A stretch of 32,000 bases of DNA from Methanoregula sp. Lineage in GTDB: Archaea > Halobacteriota > Methanomicrobia > Methanomicrobiales > Methanospirillaceae. Below the pieces are notes generated by a model. It did not search any database. It was not told where the DNA came from and was given only the letters and a program-made list of their open reading frames with translations. Below are positions 8,526 to 15,800 of this stretch, in pieces. A program made the translations under genes and the position numbers. Every line of letters begins with the position of its first letter. Within the stretch, counting starts at the first letter, position 1. The stretch lies in the NCBI RefSeq assembly GCF_003170075.1, contig NZ_PMZU01000026.1, forward strand, positions 42,004 through 74,003, read 5' to 3'.

Positions 8526-9138
8526 CCCGGGCGCAACCACAGAGGAAGCCTACAAGATCTCAAAGACCTCGCGTACGCTCGCACGGAAGATTGTCGGGAA
8601 CGAGACCCCCGAGGACCGGGTGCGCCAGCGCTGCTCAGTCGCGGTCGGCGATTTTGCGATGGCGGACCTGTTGAGGTTCAATGCCGATCCCGTGCCTGCC
8701 ACAATAGCGGCGCTCAAAGCCGGCGCCCACATCATCACCGATATCCGGATGGTACAGGCAGGCATCCAGAAGAAAGGGCACGCGTCGAAAATTCTCTGTG
8801 CGCTTGACTTCGGCGGGGAGATCGCGCGGGAGAAGGGGATCACGAGGAGCTCAGCCGGGTTTATCGCGCTCCGCGACCGGCTGGCCGGCTCCATCATCGT
8901 CATCGGCAACGCTCCTTCTGCCCTGCTCACGGTCTGCGGGATAATCCACGAGGGGATCCGCCCGGCAGTCGTGATCGGCGCACCGGTGGGTTTTGTCAAC
9001 GCGGCTGAGTCAAAATCTGTCCTGCGTGCCCTTAATATCCCCTCGATCTCGACCGAAGGGACACGGGGCGGGACGCCGGTCGCTGTCGCTGCGATAAATG
9101 AGTGCATCACGATTCTTATCGAGGAATCCACGTCATGA
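8473..9138 (+). CDS. cbiC: Cobalt-precorrin-8 methylmutase CbiC
   Basis: ..IITDIRMVQAGI..IVIGNAPSAL..PAVVIGAPVGFVNAAESK..RGGTPVAVAAINE.., the CbiC/CobH pattern. ATG at 8473 overlaps cbiH by 53 nt, so the exact start is uncertain. Confidence 0.8.
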   Translation: MSKESSRHADTTTSTYIDPGATTEEAYKISKTSRTLARKIVGNETPEDRVRQRCSVAVGDFAMADLLRFNADPVPATIAALKAGAHIITDIRMVQAGIQKKGHASKILCALDFGGEIAREKGITRSSAGFIALRDRLAGSIIVIGNAPSALLTVCGIIHEGIRPAVVIGAPVGFVNAAESKSVLRALNIPSISTEGTRGGTPVAVAAINECITILIEESTS

Positions 9139-10139
9139 GGGACCCGGTCACCGGTTTTCTGTACCCGGAGAACTGGCAGGAGAAGGTTTTCGATCCGGCC
9201 GGACTTGACCTTGTCGTGCAGGGTTTTGCCGTCCTGACCGCATCGGGAACCATCCTCCGGCGCGGGTACACGACCGGGACCACAGCCGCTGCCGCATGCA
9301 AGGCAGCGATCCTTTCGCTGGAACAGGACGTGTCGCAGGTTACGGTCCGCCTCCCCTGCGGCCTTGTTGCCGATGTCCCGGCCGAGGCTCATGCCGGGCA
9401 CGCGTCGTGCAGGAAATATGCCGGTGATTACCCCTCTGATGTGACGGCGGGTATCGAGTTTGTCGCTGAGGCTGTTGCCGCACCAGACGGGCTTTCACTT
9501 ATACCAGGGCCAGGTATCGGGCGGTTCGCCCGGGACACGCCCCGGTACAAAAAAGGAGCGCCGGCGATCAGCGACGCCCCGCTTGCCTGCATTCTTGCAT
9601 CCATGCAGGAGGCCATAGATGACACCGGCATTTCCGGCGCTACGGTCACGCTCTCTATCCCCGAAGGTGCACGCATTGCAAATAAGACACTCAACCCCCG
9701 GGTCGGCATTGAGGGGGGATTATCCGTGCTAGGGTCGACCGGGCTTGTCGAGCCCTGGGATGATCACCTTGAGGAGTCAGTCCAGGCCCGGGTAAAAGAT
9801 GCAAAGAATGTCGTCCTCACGACCGGCCGGGTCGGGCTCCGGTATTCCCGCCTGCTCTTTCCCGATCACGAGGTCGTGCTTGCCGGGGGCCGGCTCGGGG
9901 AAGCACTGTCTGCTACGAATGGCGACGTGATCCTCTGCGGCCTTCCAGCGCTGATCCTAAAATATATCGAACCGCATATCCTTGATGGTACAGGATACGC
10001 GACCGTGGAAGAACTGTCCGCATCACCGGCATTTTTGCCAATCGCGGCGCCGATCTTAACGGCGTACAAAAAAGAACATCCTTCGGTAAAGGTGATCCTC
10101 GTGAACCGGGAAGGTACAATAATCGGAGAGAGCCCATGA
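9135..10139 (+). CDS. cbiD: Cobalt-precorrin-5B C1-methyltransferase CbiD
   Basis: ATG at 9135 overlaps the cbiC stop (ATGA). LRRGYTTGTTAAAACKAA..LNPRVGIEGGLSVLGSTGLVEPW.., the hallmark CbiD motifs. Confidence 0.9.
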   Translation: MRDPVTGFLYPENWQEKVFDPAGLDLVVQGFAVLTASGTILRRGYTTGTTAAAACKAAILSLEQDVSQVTVRLPCGLVADVPAEAHAGHASCRKYAGDYPSDVTAGIEFVAEAVAAPDGLSLIPGPGIGRFARDTPRYKKGAPAISDAPLACILASMQEAIDDTGISGATVTLSIPEGARIANKTLNPRVGIEGGLSVLGSTGLVEPWDDHLEESVQARVKDAKNVVLTTGRVGLRYSRLLFPDHEVVLAGGRLGEALSATNGDVILCGLPALILKYIEPHILDGTGYATVEELSASPAFLPIAAPILTAYKKEHPSVKVILVNREGTIIGESP

Positions 10140-10345
10140 AGATTGTCGGTGCCGGGTGCGGGACCGGCACGATCGATTTTACCGCACTCCTCCCGCTCCT
10201 GCCGGCATCCGCGTCCCGGATCATTGAGTGCTCGGACCCTGTGGCATACGAGAAGAGCGTGGCTTTCCTGTCATCGGTTGAAGAACGGGCGTGCCAGACG
10301 AAGGTGCCCGTGCGTAGGCAGACGCACGACAAATTATACCCATAA
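10136..10345 (+). CDS. Hypothetical 69-aa protein translationally coupled to cbiD; N-terminus resembles the start of a tetrapyrrole-methylase (CbiE-like) or CbiJ-like protein
   Basis: ATG at 10136 overlaps the cbiD stop (ATGA). MKIVGAGCGTGTIDFTALLPLLPASASRII.. resembles the M.I.VG.GPG..LT..A start of TP-methylases but is truncated. Ends 13 nt before cbiA. Coding status unproven. Confidence 0.3.
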   Translation: MKIVGAGCGTGTIDFTALLPLLPASASRIIECSDPVAYEKSVAFLSSVEERACQTKVPVRRQTHDKLYP

Positions 10346-10358
10346 AGAGGTAAACGAG

Positions 10359-11705
10359 ATGATCATGCAGGCAGAGATCCCCCGGGTCGTGATCGCCGGT
10401 ACGCACAGCGGCTGCGGCAAGACGACGATCGCAAGCGGCCTGATGGCGGCACTGGTCACCCGTGGCTGCACGGTCCAGCCGTTCAAGACCGGCCCGGACT
10501 TTATCGATCCCTCACACCACACGCTCATCTGCGGCCGGCCGTCACGGAACCTTGATTTCTGCATGATGGGGGAGACCGGGATACGCCGGACGTTTGCCGC
10601 TGCTTCGGCAGGCGCTGAAATCGCGGTCATCGAAGGGGCGATGGGCCTCTTTGACGGAAGGGAAGGGTCTGATACCGCGAGTGCCGCACACGTGGCGAGG
10701 ATCCTCAAGGCGCCGGTCATCCTTGTCGTAGATGTGCACGCGGTCTCGCGCAGCGTCCACGCGGTGGTGAAGGGATTCCGGGACTTCGATCCCCGGGTGA
10801 AGATCGCCGGCATTATCTACAATAAAATCGGGAGCGATCGGCACCGGCAGATGATCGCACAGGAGGAGTTTGTCCCGGCGCTCGGCTGGGTGCCAAAGCA
10901 GCTGGAGAGCGAGGTAAAAAGCCGGCACCTCGGCCTCGTAATGGCGCACGAGTCGCCGGCGATGAAGACTTACGGCCGGGTGATTGCCGAATCGTGCGAC
11001 CTTGACCGGATCCTCGACATCGCCCGGGCTGCCCCGCCGCTCAATATTCCGGTGCCTGTCGCACAAAAAACTCCTGCGGCCCGGCACCGACCGGTCATCG
11101 GGGTCGCACGCGATGATGCGTTCTGCTTTTACTACCAGGACAACCTTGACCGGCTCGCCCGGGCCGGCGCGGAACTCCGCCCCTTTTCACCGATTGCAGA
11201 CACGGAGCCGGATGTGGATGCGATCTATATCGGGGGTGGGTATCCCGAACTTCATGCTGAAGCACTCGAACGCTCGCGGTGCCGGCAGTTCATCCGTGAC
11301 CGGGCAGCAGCGGGCATCCCTATCTACGGTGAATGCGGGGGGCTCATGTACCTCTGCGGCTCGCTCGAAGCGGACCGCGAATATGAGATGGCAGGCGTGC
11401 TCCCGGCCCGGGCCGTCATGACGAAAAAACTCCAGGCGCTGGGATATGTGCACGGTGCATTCGGGAGCCGACCCGACCTCTGGACGGGAACAGTGGCATT
11501 CAGGGGGCACGAGTTCCATTACTCCCGGGTCGAGTGCGGCCCGGACGCACGCTTTGCAATCCGGCTCGGGCAGGGAGCAGGCATCAGGAGCGGCAATGAC
11601 GGGCTTACGGAATACAACACCATCGGGACATACACCCACGCGTATTTCACCGACGCGTTCTGCCGGAAATTTGTAGCGGCCGCTGCGGCATTTAAGAAAC
11701 GGTAG
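10359..11705 (+). CDS. cbiA: Cobyrinate a,c-diamide synthase CbiA (CobB)
   Basis: ATG at 10359 follows a GAGGT RBS. VVIAGTHSGCGKTTIASGLMAAL..FKTGPDFIDPSHH.. (ATP-binding domain) and a C-terminal glutamine amidotransferase domain (..IYGECGGLMYL..RGHEFHYS..). The 72-aa Arg-rich upstream extension in the ORF track is rejected. Confidence 0.9.
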   Translation: MIMQAEIPRVVIAGTHSGCGKTTIASGLMAALVTRGCTVQPFKTGPDFIDPSHHTLICGRPSRNLDFCMMGETGIRRTFAAASAGAEIAVIEGAMGLFDGREGSDTASAAHVARILKAPVILVVDVHAVSRSVHAVVKGFRDFDPRVKIAGIIYNKIGSDRHRQMIAQEEFVPALGWVPKQLESEVKSRHLGLVMAHESPAMKTYGRVIAESCDLDRILDIARAAPPLNIPVPVAQKTPAARHRPVIGVARDDAFCFYYQDNLDRLARAGAELRPFSPIADTEPDVDAIYIGGGYPELHAEALERSRCRQFIRDRAAAGIPIYGECGGLMYLCGSLEADREYEMAGVLPARAVMTKKLQALGYVHGAFGSRPDLWTGTVAFRGHEFHYSRVECGPDARFAIRLGQGAGIRSGNDGLTEYNTIGTYTHAYFTDAFCRKFVAAAAAFKKR

Positions 11706-11994
11706 CCAAAAAAGGTGCACACTGGGACAAAACCACGCTCTCACCCTGTGCGGCCGATGCACTCTCCTGGACCCGTCAGCTCACGGTCGCGGGAAAAACA
11801 GTTGGGCCCCCACCGGTTTTGACAAGGCCGTTGCAGCCATCGAGGCCCGGGAGCTCATCTCCGATTTAGAGATAGCAGCAGAATTCATGCGCCGGATACA
11901 GCAGGATAATTACATCCCACCGGCCTTAGCAAATGAGTATGCTGTTGCCGTGCTCGCTGAATACCACCGGGCCATGGCAAAAAAAAGCAACTGA
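11677..11994 (+). pseudogene. Start-less open frame with protein-like C-terminal ~60 aa: orphan gene fragment or non-canonical start
   Basis: The frame is open from 11677 to TGA at 11992-11994 and reads ..CTLGQNHALTLCGRCTLLDPSAHGRGKNSWAPTGFDKAVAAIEARELISDLEIAAEFMRRIQQDNYIPPALANEYAVAVLAEYHRAMAKKSN. There is no in-frame ATG/GTG/TTG before 11887, so it is absent from the ORF track. Confidence 0.3.
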
Positions 11995-12074
11995 TACCGG
12001 GATTGTCAGACCCCCGGATCAAAAGGGGAGTATAGCCCCAAGTCTTTTTCCCTCCACCCGAAATTACATTATTC

Positions 12075-13364
12075 ATGGATCCCCTCCTCGCGTTTGTGAT
12101 CACACTCGCCCTCATCACTATCGTCAGCCTCCGGTACAGGATCTCCCCGTTCTTCACCCTGATCGGCGGGGCGGTCCTGTTCGGGTTTCTGGCGGGCATG
12201 ACATTCGATGCGACCATGCTTGGGATCATCGCAGGTGTCGGCAAGGTATTTTCTGCATTCGGCATCATCATTCTCTGCGGGGCAGTCATTGCAAAGCTCC
12301 TGCAAGAGCAGCACCAGATCGAAGAGATCGTGGCCGATATCCGTAGGTACGTGAAAAACCCGCCGGTGATCGCCGGGGTATCCGGCTATCTTTTATCCGT
12401 ACCTATTACCTGCTGCATCACAGCCTATATCATGCTGAACCCGATCCTCGATAGCCTTGAGAAAGACAAAACGAAGCGCAACGTGCTTCTGTACCTTGCT
12501 GCGGTCGGTGGAATCATTTCGTATGCGCTCATATTCCCGACACCGGTTGTCATCCCGCTCTACGAAGCGTTCTCCAGGGGAATGAGCCCGGTTCTGTTTG
12601 ATGCCATATCTATCCCGCTCTCACTTCTGGTACTGGGTGGAATCCTCCTTTATTTCCGGTTCGTCCATCCAGATGTGGTCACCCCAAAAAGAACTGAATC
12701 ACCAGCAACGCCCCATCAAATCCCCGGGACCGAGACTCCGGTCATGCGTCAGGGAATCCACTGGCGGGCATGGGCTCCCTTTATCGCGATCCTGATCGCC
12801 ATTCCGGTCGCTCTTCTGCTCCTGCACCTGTCGCAGATGAGTATGATTAACGTAATCATGCTGGTCGGTGCAGTCACGGCCATCGCCCTTGCGTCTCCGT
12901 CAATGCGAACTCAGGGATTGTCACAGGGCGCAAAACACGCAGGCATAATTATCTTTGACATCTGCGGGGCGGGAGCGCTTGGTTATGTGATCGTCAGCAG
13001 CGGGTTTGCGCAGGATGCCATGGGCCGGATGACCCTGCTCATCCCCATCATCCTCGTGCCGTTCATCCTTGCCGCCTTGATCGAGACTGCGCAGGGCTCA
13101 CGGGTGGTGACGGCGGTGATTACGGCCGAAGTCCTCGCAGGATCGACCGTGGCCGGTGCAATCCACCCGATCCCCCTCATCCTCCTTATCAGTGCCGGGT
13201 CGTGTATCGTGTCCTACGTGACCGATCCCTTCTTCTGGCTTGTCCAGCGGACAACCGGGGACGATATTAAAACCGTGGTGAAGAATTACACGCTGCCCAT
13301 CGCACTCGCGGGTATCGGGATCTTTATTGTTGCCCTGGCCCTGGAGTACCTGGTCTTCCGGTAA
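12075..13364 (+). CDS. GntP-family (gluconate:H+ symporter-like) permease, substrate unknown
   Basis: 429-aa polytopic membrane protein. The N-terminal pattern ..ISPFFTLIGGAVLFGFLAGM..IIAGVGKVFSAFGIIILCGAVIAKLLQE..I..IVADI.. matches the GntP/DsdX family architecture. Confidence 0.6.
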   Translation: MDPLLAFVITLALITIVSLRYRISPFFTLIGGAVLFGFLAGMTFDATMLGIIAGVGKVFSAFGIIILCGAVIAKLLQEQHQIEEIVADIRRYVKNPPVIAGVSGYLLSVPITCCITAYIMLNPILDSLEKDKTKRNVLLYLAAVGGIISYALIFPTPVVIPLYEAFSRGMSPVLFDAISIPLSLLVLGGILLYFRFVHPDVVTPKRTESPATPHQIPGTETPVMRQGIHWRAWAPFIAILIAIPVALLLLHLSQMSMINVIMLVGAVTAIALASPSMRTQGLSQGAKHAGIIIFDICGAGALGYVIVSSGFAQDAMGRMTLLIPIILVPFILAALIETAQGSRVVTAVITAEVLAGSTVAGAIHPIPLILLISAGSCIVSYVTDPFFWLVQRTTGDDIKTVVKNYTLPIALAGIGIFIVALALEYLVFR

Positions 13365-13390
13365 ATGATATAAAAGGTTGATCTCTCGGA

Positions 13391-13777
13391 TTATTCTACA
13401 AATAATCTGCCCTGTTCGGTCAGCGAGTAGATGATCCAGTTGCCGTGATACTCGCCTTCAATCAGGCCGCTCTCTTTCAAAATATTCAGGTGATAGGAAA
13501 GTTTTGAGCCGGCAAGGTGCATGAACCGGTTAATAACGCAGACACAGAGCGGCTGGTCGCGGAGCAGAGAGAGGATAGTGAGCCGCAGCGGGTCGGAGAG
13601 TGCATGGTATCTCCTGCTCTGCTCAATGAGATCCTTTTCTTCCGGAATATGCCGGGAGAGAAATTCAACTCCTCCCAGATGTTCAATGGCCTCAAGGCCC
13701 ACATCGGGATTCATGGCCGCTCTCTTTTTGGGTCTGGGTTTTCGCGGGCCGCAACAGGAACTTTTTGATAATTTCAT
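13391..13777 (-). CDS. arsR: ArsR/SmtB-family metalloregulator (hgcAB/ars-associated)
   Basis: ATG at 13777 gives MKLSKSSCCGP... Winged-HTH core YHALSDPLRLTILSLLRDQPLCVCVINRF..LSYHLNILKESGLI with the CVC metal(loid)-sensing motif. Divergent from hgcA. The track start at 13837 would run through the shared promoter. Confidence 0.85.
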   Translation of the reverse strand: MKLSKSSCCGPRKPRPKKRAAMNPDVGLEAIEHLGGVEFLSRHIPEEKDLIEQSRRYHALSDPLRLTILSLLRDQPLCVCVINRFMHLAGSKLSYHLNILKESGLIEGEYHGNWIIYSLTEQGRLFVE

Positions 13778-13847
13778 TTCAAAATAATATGAAATGCCAA
13801 CGTATATACGCTTCACTTGCAGACAATATTTCAACAAAATTTGAAAT
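13775..13847. promoter_or_regulatory. Divergent arsR/hgcA control region: palindromic TATA flanked by two inverted repeats (candidate ArsR operators)
   Basis: CATTTCA-N8-TGAAATG at 13775-13796, overlapping the arsR ATG. Perfect palindrome CGTATATACG at 13801-13810, which contains the TATA element. ATTTCAA-N6-TTGAAAT at 13828-13847, between the TATA and the hgcA ATG at 13861. TGAAATGCC also occurs as a direct repeat at 13790-13798 and 13842-13850. Confidence 0.5.
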
Positions 13848-13860
13848 GCCGTGAAGTACT

Positions 13861-14985
13861 ATGACGAACATACCATCCGGCCCTAATCACAAAGGAACTC
13901 CGTTGAGGAGTGAACCATCCATAGAAAACACCATGCAATCCTGCTGCGGGAGTGTTCAAAAAGAGCCCGCATCCGCATGTTTCTGCACCGGAAAAACCGG
14001 CCCGGCACCGGGAATCCGTACCACCACATCCATAATCACATCTGCCGACAGGCGGGATCATTTCCTTGCCCGGTGGGGCGTCAACCGGATGGGCCGTATC
14101 GTTACGCCGGGTCTGTACCGGCTCGGCAGCCCAACCACAGATTCACCCGTCTTTGCGTCCGCTAACTACACACTCAGCTTTGACGCACTCCGTTCAGCGC
14201 TTGCCGGCACTGATGCATGGATCCTGGTGCTGGATACCAAGGGGATCAATGTCTGGTGCGCTGCCGGGAAAGGGACGTTTGGCACCGGTGAACTGATCCG
14301 GCGTATTGCGGTGACCGGGCTTTCCGAAATTGTCTCGCACCGCAGGATCATCCTCCCCCAGCTTTCGGCATCCGGGGTTTCGGCACATGACGTCGCCCAT
14401 TGGTCCGGTTTCTCGGTCGAGTACGGCCCGGTCCGGGCCCGGGATCTCCCGGCATACCTTCCCACCCGCACGGCAACGCAGGAGATGCGGACCGTCCGGT
14501 TCCCGCTTGCTGACCGGCTCCTCCTCTGCCCCATGGAACTTGTGCACGCACTCCTGCCCATGATTGCAGTAGCAGTCGTGTTGTACTTCCTTGCCGGCCC
14601 GGTTGCGGGGCTCGCAGCAATTGCCGCCGTGCTCGCAGGGACCGTGCTCTTCCCGGCGCTGCTCCCGTATCTCCCGACGCATGATTTCTCCATGAAGGGC
14701 TTCATCCTCGGGGCCATTGTCACGATCCCGTTTGCAGCAGCGTTTGCCCGGGCACCCGGCCTCTCCGGCATCGCACAGGTCATCGCGGTGCTCGTCCCGT
14801 TCCTCATCATCCCGGCCGTTGTCGCATACCTCGCCCTCAACTTCACCGGCTCGACCACGTTCACCTCCCGGACGGGCGTGAAAAAAGAGATCTTCCGGTA
14901 CGTGCCGACAATGGTGCTCATGGCAGGCGCCGGGACAATCCTCGGGATCGCGCTTGGCGTCCTCCGGCTCATGGGGGTGACCTGA
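13861..14985 (+). CDS. hgcA: Mercury methylation corrinoid protein HgcA
   Basis: Hallmark cap-helix motif NVWCAAGK at aa 130-137 (nt 14248-14271, Cys codon 14257-14259). N-terminal CFeSP-like corrinoid-binding domain followed by a C-terminal domain with about 5 TM helices. Directly followed by hgcB. An alternative start at Met25 (13933) is possible. Confidence 0.9.
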   Translation: MTNIPSGPNHKGTPLRSEPSIENTMQSCCGSVQKEPASACFCTGKTGPAPGIRTTTSIITSADRRDHFLARWGVNRMGRIVTPGLYRLGSPTTDSPVFASANYTLSFDALRSALAGTDAWILVLDTKGINVWCAAGKGTFGTGELIRRIAVTGLSEIVSHRRIILPQLSASGVSAHDVAHWSGFSVEYGPVRARDLPAYLPTRTATQEMRTVRFPLADRLLLCPMELVHALLPMIAVAVVLYFLAGPVAGLAAIAAVLAGTVLFPALLPYLPTHDFSMKGFILGAIVTIPFAAAFARAPGLSGIAQVIAVLVPFLIIPAVVAYLALNFTGSTTFTSRTGVKKEIFRYVPTMVLMAGAGTILGIALGVLRLMGVT

Positions 14986-15323
14986 TGTTTAACGCTTACG
15001 CAGAAAACACGCTCAAGTATTTCCCGGAGAAATGCATCAACTGCCGGCGCTGCACGCAGGTCTGCCCTCACGGAGTTTTTACTGAAGGGAAAAACCGGGC
15101 AGCACTCGTTAATCCCCGGGCCTGCATGGAGTGCGGGGCCTGTGCGAAAAACTGCCCGGTGCAGGCAATTGAGGTACAGAGCGGCGTCGGATGCGCATGG
15201 GCCATGATCAGCGCGGCACTCAGGGGAAAGGACATGGACAGTGGCGAATGCAGCTGCGGGGGGCCGGAGAGTTCCTGTTGCGGCCAGACAAAAGAAGACC
15301 CATGTTCTTACGGGGCAGAATAG
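14985..15323 (+). CDS. hgcB: Mercury methylation 2[4Fe-4S] ferredoxin HgcB
   Basis: Two CX2CX2CX3C motifs (CINCRRCTQVC, CMECGACAKNC) that include the HgcB-diagnostic CMECGA. Cys-rich tail with vicinal CC (aa 98-99, nt 15276-15281). The start overlaps the hgcA stop (TGATG). Confidence 0.9.
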   Translation: MFNAYAENTLKYFPEKCINCRRCTQVCPHGVFTEGKNRAALVNPRACMECGACAKNCPVQAIEVQSGVGCAWAMISAALRGKDMDSGECSCGGPESSCCGQTKEDPCSYGAE

Positions 15324-15334
15324 AGGAATCAGCA

Positions 15335-15778
15335 ATGAAGGCAACCACAAAATCTGATGATGCAGTGGCAAGTTACATGAGCAGGTTCACCTGCTCTGCA
15401 GCAGTGTTTTCTGCCTTTTCCGAAGATCTTGGCCTAAATCCCGATACGGCAAAAAAGATCGCATGCGGATTCGGTGCAGGGATATCGAAGACCGGCAATA
15501 TGTGCGGTGCGGTGTCCGGGGCAATCATGGTTATCGGGTTGAAATACGGAAAGACCGAAGCGGATGACGAAGCCGCAACCGAGAAGACACGGGCCCTCGT
15601 CCGGCAGTTCATTCACGAGTTTATAGCAAAGAACGGCTCGGTCAACTGTACGGATCTGCTCGGACTTAACATTAGCAACCCCGAAGAATTTGCACAGGCA
15701 CGCGATAATAAACTGTTTGTCACGAAATGCCCGGAACTTGTGCGGGACGCCACGGAAATCCTTGAAAAAATCCTTTGA
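15335..15778 (+). CDS. C_GCAxxG_C_C family putative redox-active protein
   Basis: ATG at 15335 follows a GAGGA RBS, 11 nt after hgcB. FTCSAAVFSAF..ACGFGAGISKTGNMCGAVSGA..NCTDL..KCPELV reproduces the C / GCAxxG / C / C signature of the family. Confidence 0.8.
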   Translation: MKATTKSDDAVASYMSRFTCSAAVFSAFSEDLGLNPDTAKKIACGFGAGISKTGNMCGAVSGAIMVIGLKYGKTEADDEAATEKTRALVRQFIHEFIAKNGSVNCTDLLGLNISNPEEFAQARDNKLFVTKCPELVRDATEILEKIL

Positions 15779-15800
15779 ATGTACAAATAGGTGAACGCTA

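Noticed and set aside
10143-10358. 72-codon upstream extension of cbiA (track ORF 10143-11705).
   Set aside because: The composition is Arg/Pro/Ser-rich. The conserved CbiA N-terminus (VVIAGTHSGCGKTT) begins right after ATG 10359, which has a GAGGT RBS.
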